DNA of 64,000 bases. It comes from an uncultured Planctomycetia bacterium (GTDB lineage Bacteria > Omnitrophota > Gorgyraeia > Tantalellales > Tantalellaceae). The stretch's first letter is position 1. Each line of letters begins with the position of its first letter. The notes under the pieces were generated by a model that searched no databases, had not been told where the DNA came from, and worked only from the letters and a program-made list of their open reading frames with translations. The stretch lies in NCBI GenBank assembly GCA_964409365.1, contig CAYPCX010000012.1, positions 178 through 64,177 on the forward strand, in the 5' to 3' direction. Positions 58,414-64,000 of the stretch are shown piece after piece. A program made the translations under genes and the position numbers.

Positions 58414-59949
58414 CTATTTTTCGCGCCGCCTCCTGCCGGATATGGCAGGCGTGGCCCTCATTTTTAATTCCCCTATTACCATTTTCTGATATTCTCCCAG
58501 CGTCGAACCGAACCTCGGGCTTATCTCAAAACGACGGTCGGGGTATTTTCGCATCCTGTCTATGGCCAGCCGGGCCATATCGGCCATGCTCGATACGGGC
58601 TCTATATCGATCACCTTATTGAGCTCTTCGTACGCGCGGGAACGGTTATGTTTATAATCATAATAGCACACCCCCAGAAGATAGTGGGCATGCTGTTCGT
58701 CAGGACCCAGTTCTATTATTTTCCTGTACCCGTCCATGGCCTCGTCGTATTCATCGTGGTCGAGATATATCCCGCTTATGTAATAAAGCGCTTCTATATA
58801 GAATTCCTTTGTATCCTTATCCATCTTCGGCAAAAGCTCCATCTTTTCCCTGAAAAGGTCGAACTCGGCAAACCCTTTTTCCGGTTTCCTCTCGAGGATA
58901 TATGCCCTTCCCAAATAAAGATGCGTGATGGGATAATCGGGAACGCGCTTTATCACTTTCCTGAAAAGCTTTATCGCCGCACGTTTATTTCCTTTCAGCC
59001 AGTAAATATTGCCCAGCTGAGTGATAGCCGCGTAATCACCGGGATTAAGTGATATCCTCTTCCGGCATGTCTCTTCGGCCTCGTCCAGCCGGTCGGCCTC
59101 CATGAGATCGGAGATGTCTTTATATTTTTTAGGCAGCGCCATCCTGACCTTCCTGAGCCGTCGTATCTCCCCGGCGCTGTCTTTCAGGCCCAGGTCCTTG
59201 TAAAGCTCTATAGCCCTGTCATAATATTCCTGGGCGTTGTCAAAATCGCCTATCGCTACATGACACTCGGCGAGCGTCCGGACGAGCCGCGCGTCCTGCG
59301 GATCGTCCTCGATCGCTTTCTTGTAGCCTTCGATCGCCTTATCATAGAACATGGCCGAATAATACACATCCGCCGAGAATTTATCGAGGCCCGGGAAGTC
59401 CGCCACGTTCTCCTTAAGCCAGATGATGTGCGGCATGACGACGGAAGCGTAATAATACTTTTCCTCCAACAGTGAAGTAAGCACGACGAAATGCCAGGTG
59501 GCTACCTTTTCCCTGAGGTCCGTGACCACCGGCCCTTCCCCTTTTTCCAAAAGGGGGTACGCTTCTTCCATGGCACGCAGCGTTTCCTTGTTCTTTTCCA
59601 TGCCGGAGATCGCGTATTCCAAAGCGTCCTCGTATTGCCAGTCAACTCCCATTTCCTCCGCTCTTTTGAAATACTCATAAGCGTCGGAATACCTCATGAG
59701 GCCGTAATACGCCGTGCCGAGGTCCATGTGGATACGGGGATTATCCGGGTAAGTTTCGAGAAGCGAGTTCAGCTTCTTTACGGCTTCGGTGTAATTCCCA
59801 TCAGTGATCATCTCCCGTTCTATTTTCTCCGTTTTTTCGCGAAGGCCGGTATCTTCTCCAGACCCCTCGGAAGAAAAGACCACCGTTAAGAACACCGCTG
59901 TCATCAACGATCGGTATATTTTTCTTTTTAAACGCATACCCGCCTTCAA
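58414..59949 (-). CDS. Tetratricopeptide-repeat protein (exported)
   Basis: Signal-like N-terminus and multiple TPR motifs. Confidence 0.8.
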   Translation of the reverse strand: MKAGMRLKRKIYRSLMTAVFLTVVFSSEGSGEDTGLREKTEKIEREMITDGNYTEAVKKLNSLLETYPDNPRIHMDLGTAYYGLMRYSDAYEYFKRAEEMGVDWQYEDALEYAISGMEKNKETLRAMEEAYPLLEKGEGPVVTDLREKVATWHFVVLTSLLEEKYYYASVVMPHIIWLKENVADFPGLDKFSADVYYSAMFYDKAIEGYKKAIEDDPQDARLVRTLAECHVAIGDFDNAQEYYDRAIELYKDLGLKDSAGEIRRLRKVRMALPKKYKDISDLMEADRLDEAEETCRKRISLNPGDYAAITQLGNIYWLKGNKRAAIKLFRKVIKRVPDYPITHLYLGRAYILERKPEKGFAEFDLFREKMELLPKMDKDTKEFYIEALYYISGIYLDHDEYDEAMDGYRKIIELGPDEQHAHYLLGVCYYDYKHNRSRAYEELNKVIDIEPVSSMADMARLAIDRMRKYPDRRFEISPRFGSTLGEYQKMVIGELKMRATPAISGRRRREK

Positions 59950-60761
59950 TATCTTACGATAGCATAATTGACGAACCCTATCCCTATCGAGACCAGATTG
60001 TATAAAAAGTGCATCTTGATGGCAAGATAAGTCGAACCGGTCCTTGCCTTAGCGTATGTGATCATCAGGCTGAGCGCGAATATCACGGCCATAAAAACGA
60101 TATCCTCTTTTATCTGAGGATAATGCGCAAGGGTAAAAAGCAAAGAAGTGATAAACACGGCGGGGTGGATACCCAGGTGCCTGTTCAGGCCCGGATAAAG
60201 AAACCCCCTGAACAATACCTCCTCGACGAACGGGGCCACAAGAAGCACGGAAAATATCGTGACCGCGTTCCCTACGACCAGCGCCTCCGTGAACAATGAA
60301 TTGAACGGGATATTCGGGACAAGGGGGTTCATGATACTCACCAGACGCATGACCACGCAGGCTATGATATACAGCGGGAGCCACACCTCCCATGAAGGCG
60401 GGACCCTACCCGGCGACAGGACCGACCGCCGGAAAGATATACCCCGGAGTTTCACGAGCGCCGCAAGAAGGACCAGGCTTACGCATTTGAATATTATCGA
60501 GCCGATATATATGCTGAGATAATAGAGAAGTTTCGGTTCTTTGGTGAAGATGAAAAAATGAAGACGCAGATACCTGATAATATGCGCGCCTAGATGGAAA
60601 GGATCTTTAAAGGCGAATACCGCGATGAGCACGGAAAAAGCGAGCACATCCACAAGCGACCACTGGCAGGCCTCCGGGTCCCGGCCGCCGAAGATCACCG
60701 ACAGAATTTCATTTTTGATACGCTCAATATTCGTCAAGGTGGTTGAACTCCGCGTTCTCAA
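59946..60761 (-). CDS. CPBP (CAAX/Abi) intramembrane glutamic endopeptidase
   Basis: APFVEEVLFRG, FTLAH and MHFLYN; start uncertain. Confidence 0.85.
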   Translation of the reverse strand: MRTRSSTTLTNIERIKNEILSVIFGGRDPEACQWSLVDVLAFSVLIAVFAFKDPFHLGAHIIRYLRLHFFIFTKEPKLLYYLSIYIGSIIFKCVSLVLLAALVKLRGISFRRSVLSPGRVPPSWEVWLPLYIIACVVMRLVSIMNPLVPNIPFNSLFTEALVVGNAVTIFSVLLVAPFVEEVLFRGFLYPGLNRHLGIHPAVFITSLLFTLAHYPQIKEDIVFMAVIFALSLMITYAKARTGSTYLAIKMHFLYNLVSIGIGFVNYAIVRY

Positions 60762-61209
60762 GCCATGCTTCCGGACGCGATAGGAACTCTATTATATTGT
60801 CGATAAGGAAATAATGTTTTTTTTCCTCTTCGGCGACCTTATTGAACATATCCCTTTGATAAGAGAGTTTAACTTCTTTCGCCTTCTGGAGATAATACTC
60901 CTCGCTCGCTTTCTCTATCTCCTGGGCCTTCCGGTAGAGGGCAAGCTGCGAGACCTGAAGGTCGAATTTCTCACTCTTGCCGGCCATCTTCGAGAAGATA
61001 TCCTTAGCCCCGGGCAGGAGAACCGATTCTCTCAGTTCGGGGCTGGCTCCCTCTTTCATCTTTTCGAACAGGCCATAATGCCTTACCTCTTCATCCGCCA
61101 GCCATTCCAGTATGCTCTTAAGCCCTTCACTGCCGCACTTGCCCGCCAGCTCCCTGTAATAGGTCTCACCTTCTTTTTCCAGCTGCATGGCATGATCGAA
61201 AATATCCAT
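60724..61209 (-). CDS. Ferritin-like/rubrerythrin-family protein
   Basis: EKEGETYY..DEEVRH and EKASEEYY..EEKKH. Confidence 0.88.
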   Translation of the reverse strand: MDIFDHAMQLEKEGETYYRELAGKCGSEGLKSILEWLADEEVRHYGLFEKMKEGASPELRESVLLPGAKDIFSKMAGKSEKFDLQVSQLALYRKAQEIEKASEEYYLQKAKEVKLSYQRDMFNKVAEEEKKHYFLIDNIIEFLSRPEAWLENAEFNHLDEY

Positions 61210-61300
61210 TTCGCCCCCCGGTCGACTAGAATGAAAGGTCGGTAAGTATATATGTTGTATATATATTATAGGATAATGCGCCGAAATTCAAAGCAAATAG

Positions 61301-61323
61301 TGGTTCCCCGGGCGCGATATGAA
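61301..61323 (-). other. Degenerate tRNA-3'-end-like (att-like) remnant
   Basis: Minus strand TTCATATCGCGCCCGGGGAACCA, at the point where composition becomes more AT-rich. Confidence 0.35.
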
Positions 61324-61368
61324 AAGCCTGCTATCACTTGATCAGACAGGTCCGGCCAGGATTGGATC

Positions 61369-62415
61369 CTAAAAAATACGCTCATCACTTAAACTTACAA
61401 TAAAATCCCCGTTCGGCAAGGACCTGCACCTTGTTAAATGCCATTCAACCTTACCAAGCAGCCACTCTCCCGATCCATTCTGTCCCAATTCCACTTTCAG
61501 CACGATACCGTATTGATATTTTTTTGTTGTCAAGGCCCCGGAAAAATCTCCCAGGGAATATGCCACGACTTTATTGATCCCATTTACGGATTCGGCGCTC
61601 ACCGGTTGCGGACAATGGGAATGGTGCCCTATTATAGCGCCGAATTTCCGGATCAGATGTCGCGCCAGCGCGACTATCTCCGGCCTGGGATAAAGTTCAA
61701 ATTCGTATCCAAAATGAGGATAAAGAAAATTGAACGCGCCGGGTCTCATTTGATGTTCGGCGTCCTTCAGCATGAACACGTAATCACGGTCCCGGTTTGA
61801 CCACATCGTGCCGGAAACGATCCTGATATCGTCATTAATATCGAAATAAGGACGCTCGTTCCAGCCGAACACGTTAAAGTTCCGCGATTCCAGGACCTTG
61901 ACCGACTTGAGGAATTCCTCCTTACCGAAATCTCCCGCGTGATTATTGGAGACGGAGAGATAGGTTCTTTCCGGCGGGAAAAGATCAATAAGTGTTTCGA
62001 TATTTTTCTTATTATGTCGCAGATCGGACAGCAATATCAGTGCATTTTTCCGAGATCCGGTGATCGTGCCTTCAAAATTCCCGATAAGATAATCGCTGTC
62101 ACTAAAAAATTCTTTGACCCCGGGGCTGATATTTACGGACCTGTTCTTGGCCGGCAGTATGTCCCCTACAAAGCCCAGTTTATATCTCGATCTGACGTTC
62201 CTGTTCAAGATGCAAGAATTCGGGATGTTTTCGACGATCCCGGAATTATTCCTGATGGTGCCTGACACATTCTTTGCCAGCCAGTATATACTTTCGGTCA
62301 CGTTATAGGGAGATGCCAGGGTGGAAAGGATGTTCCGGATCATGAATCCTGTTCTGATGAACAGGACTACTACCAGGATCACAAAAATGAATTTAATAAG
62401 GGATCTGAACTTCAT
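61369..62415 (-). CDS. CapA/PgsA-family metallophosphoesterase-like protein
   Basis: GFVGD, GNFEG, SNNHAGDFG, PHFGYE, GHHSH and YSLGDF. Confidence 0.85.
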   Translation of the reverse strand: MKFRSLIKFIFVILVVVLFIRTGFMIRNILSTLASPYNVTESIYWLAKNVSGTIRNNSGIVENIPNSCILNRNVRSRYKLGFVGDILPAKNRSVNISPGVKEFFSDSDYLIGNFEGTITGSRKNALILLSDLRHNKKNIETLIDLFPPERTYLSVSNNHAGDFGKEEFLKSVKVLESRNFNVFGWNERPYFDINDDIRIVSGTMWSNRDRDYVFMLKDAEHQMRPGAFNFLYPHFGYEFELYPRPEIVALARHLIRKFGAIIGHHSHCPQPVSAESVNGINKVVAYSLGDFSGALTTKKYQYGIVLKVELGQNGSGEWLLGKVEWHLTRCRSLPNGDFIVSLSDERIF

Positions 62416-62442
62416 TTATCGGTTTTTGGTGTGGGATAACTA

Positions 62443-62521
62443 GAAATTCGACATTCGTAAGTCGACCGCATTCCCGATCCTCTGAACACTTCTAATTTCG
62501 ACTTTCGAATCTCGAATGCTC
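62443..62521. repeat. Degenerate heptamer tract (TTTCGAA-like)
   Basis: aaattcg acattcg taagtcg ... acttcta atttcga ctttcga atctcga atgctct. Confidence 0.6.
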
Positions 62522-62522
62522 T

Positions 62523-62561
62523 AAAAAATTAAACCCTTTCAAAAGAAGGGTTTAATTTTTT
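62523..62561. terminator. Bidirectional terminator hairpin
   Basis: aaaaaattaaaccctt...aagggtttaatttttt. Confidence 0.75.
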
Positions 62562-62585
62562 GGCTCCCCACTACGGACTCGGAAC
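62561..62585 (-). other. tRNA-3'-end-like att remnant (tRNA-Asn-like)
   Basis: Minus strand GTTCCGAGTCCGTAGTGGGGAGCCA, directly followed by the terminator. Confidence 0.5.
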
Positions 62586-62629
62586 ACTACAGGGGGCGCT
62601 TCTCTAAGTATAAGGAAATACACATACTT

Positions 62630-63004
62630 GTGAAGATGTACCGCCGCCGCGGCAAGGGCACATCTATCAGTTTGTACGCTCCATTGCCTAGTTTACCCCA
62701 AAAACCGGCCCCAGTCTACAAAAATATTGTAGCCATGGCAGTTAAGGTTAATGAATACCTTGTTCAAAACCCTCAAAGAACATATACCTCAGCGGGCAAC
62801 CACTTCGGTGTCACCCGGGCCCGCATATCCCAGCTCATGACCATCCACGAGAAGCTCCCGGACGACTTCATTGAGATGATGGGGCAGTGCGATGACCAGG
62901 CTCTCATCAAACGCTTCTCCGGGAAGACCCTGCTAAAAATAGCCGCTAAAGAAAGCCCCAAACAACGCCAATTATATATAAAAAATCTCTGCGATCAAAT
63001 TTGA
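62630..63004 (+). CDS. Small HTH-containing hypothetical protein
   Basis: YTSAGNHFGVTRARISQLM HTH-like segment; the only plus-strand gene, next to the att-like site. Confidence 0.6.
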   Translation: MKMYRRRGKGTSISLYAPLPSLPQKPAPVYKNIVAMAVKVNEYLVQNPQRTYTSAGNHFGVTRARISQLMTIHEKLPDDFIEMMGQCDDQALIKRFSGKTLLKIAAKESPKQRQLYIKNLCDQI

Positions 63005-63018
63005 GTATCGCTCAGAAC

Positions 63019-64000
63019 CTACCAGACTGATTTCAGGCAAATCTCATAATCTCCGATATTAAAAGATTCTTCATCCGGCTTTTGCTGTCTCTCGGATAAT
63101 GAAAGATACTCACGATACAATAAGTTATGTAACACTTCCAGTTTATTAGGAACATTTCGTGGGATCTGACTAAATACTTTCACCATCTGCCATATTGAGG
63201 ACCATGTTGCCCGTTTATCCGGCTCATGGCCTGTGAAAAAAGTACCGTAACGACACACTACAAAAAAGAGGACTTTTACAGGCTCCTCACCGGAATAACC
63301 TATACCAAATTTTCGCATACCGTTCCTGGGATTTGATTCTTTGATCCAGGTTTCAACTTTATCTATCCACTCTTTCGTTTTCGGATATAAATTGGATATG
63401 CGGCTGTATCTTTCCTTGAGTGAAGCGCCGAATCTTTCCTGCCATTTAAGTTGAAACAGGCCAAGCACATTGGTATTTTTATCGTATACACGGCATCTAT
63501 ATCACTTGCGCCCCTGCTACTGTCAAAACTGATATTTCTGTCGACTTTAATATAGTTGCCTTCCTCAAAGAAAGTATACAATTGATCTCTGAAAGTCTTC
63601 TCCCGGGCATTAACCGCATTAAAATAATCTTTTTCATACCTGCGTCTAATTTCGCAATTAAGGAAATCATAAGGGTTTACCTGTGAACCAACTACCGAAT
63701 GGAGAAGCGAGTTATCCGCAATTTTAATATAGGGCGGCGGAGCGCTTCTCATCCGGTCAGAGTGATATTCGATATTCTCAGGTGATAACGTTATCGTATC
63801 CAGTATCTGCTCCGCATTATTTTCACTGATATCAAGATAACGTGACATTGAGTTAACAAGATCCATTCTGCCCCTGGTTATTGTTATTATATCCGGGAAA
63901 CTAACTTCATCCTTATATTTTTCATACAACTCAAGACAAAAGAAATAATGCTTCAAAGCGACCCCGCATGTAACCATGACGAATTCGCAATATTTATGAT
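63019..64000 (-). pseudogene. Frameshifted PD-(D/E)xK/NERD-like nuclease-domain gene (5' end outside the window)
   Basis: Two overlapping ORFs join with +1 base near 63490 to read SDIDAVxYDKNTNVLGLFQLKW. Confidence 0.6.

Noticed and set aside
62561-62640. Complete tRNA gene
   Set aside because: Only a degenerate 3' stub is present; no D-arm or anticodon arm can be folded.

Overview
A 64-kb bacterial chromosomal window from a diderm anaerobe. Porins, lipoproteins, rubredoxin/superoxide reductase/rubrerythrin and a class II RNR support this; an Omnitrophota-like origin is only my impression and was not tested. About 65 genes lie on the minus strand and one small ORF on the plus strand. Blocks in order: (1) 1-6.0 kb, oxidative-stress/redox cluster: Rrf2 regulator, Ogg, two half-ferritins, TrxB, glutaredoxin, rubrerythrins, desulfoferrodoxin, an unannotated rubredoxin, an unannotated 25-aa Cys-rich peptide, TlpA and CcdA. 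(2) 6.1-24.6 kb, nitrogen assimilation: gdhA, a PPDK_N-domain protein, gltBD, a Fis-like HTH, glnK, amtB, a porin, a GAF-ANTAR protein and GS type III. Its leaders carry six terminators, each overlapped by an ANTAR-type hexaloop hairpin. (3) 26.9-46.3 kb, a Rex-headed group-4 [NiFe]-hydrogenase/Mrp operon with an added NAD(P)/FAD module. It is followed by a reduced maturation set (Cys-free HypA, C-terminal-only HypF, no hypB) and nikR plus a porin. (4) 46-61 kb: APC-EIIA permease, a double-FecR protein with a Slam-like TPR/barrel partner, SmsCB, nrdJ and others. (5) Beyond 61.3 kb, a probable tRNA-integrated island with att-like remnants and a frameshifted nuclease-like gene. Across the window are at least 10 heptamer-period tandem tracts, several REP-like palindromes and two covarying structured elements flanking hypF. 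No CRISPR array, rRNA or complete tRNA was seen. All family assignments come from motif recognition, not database searches.
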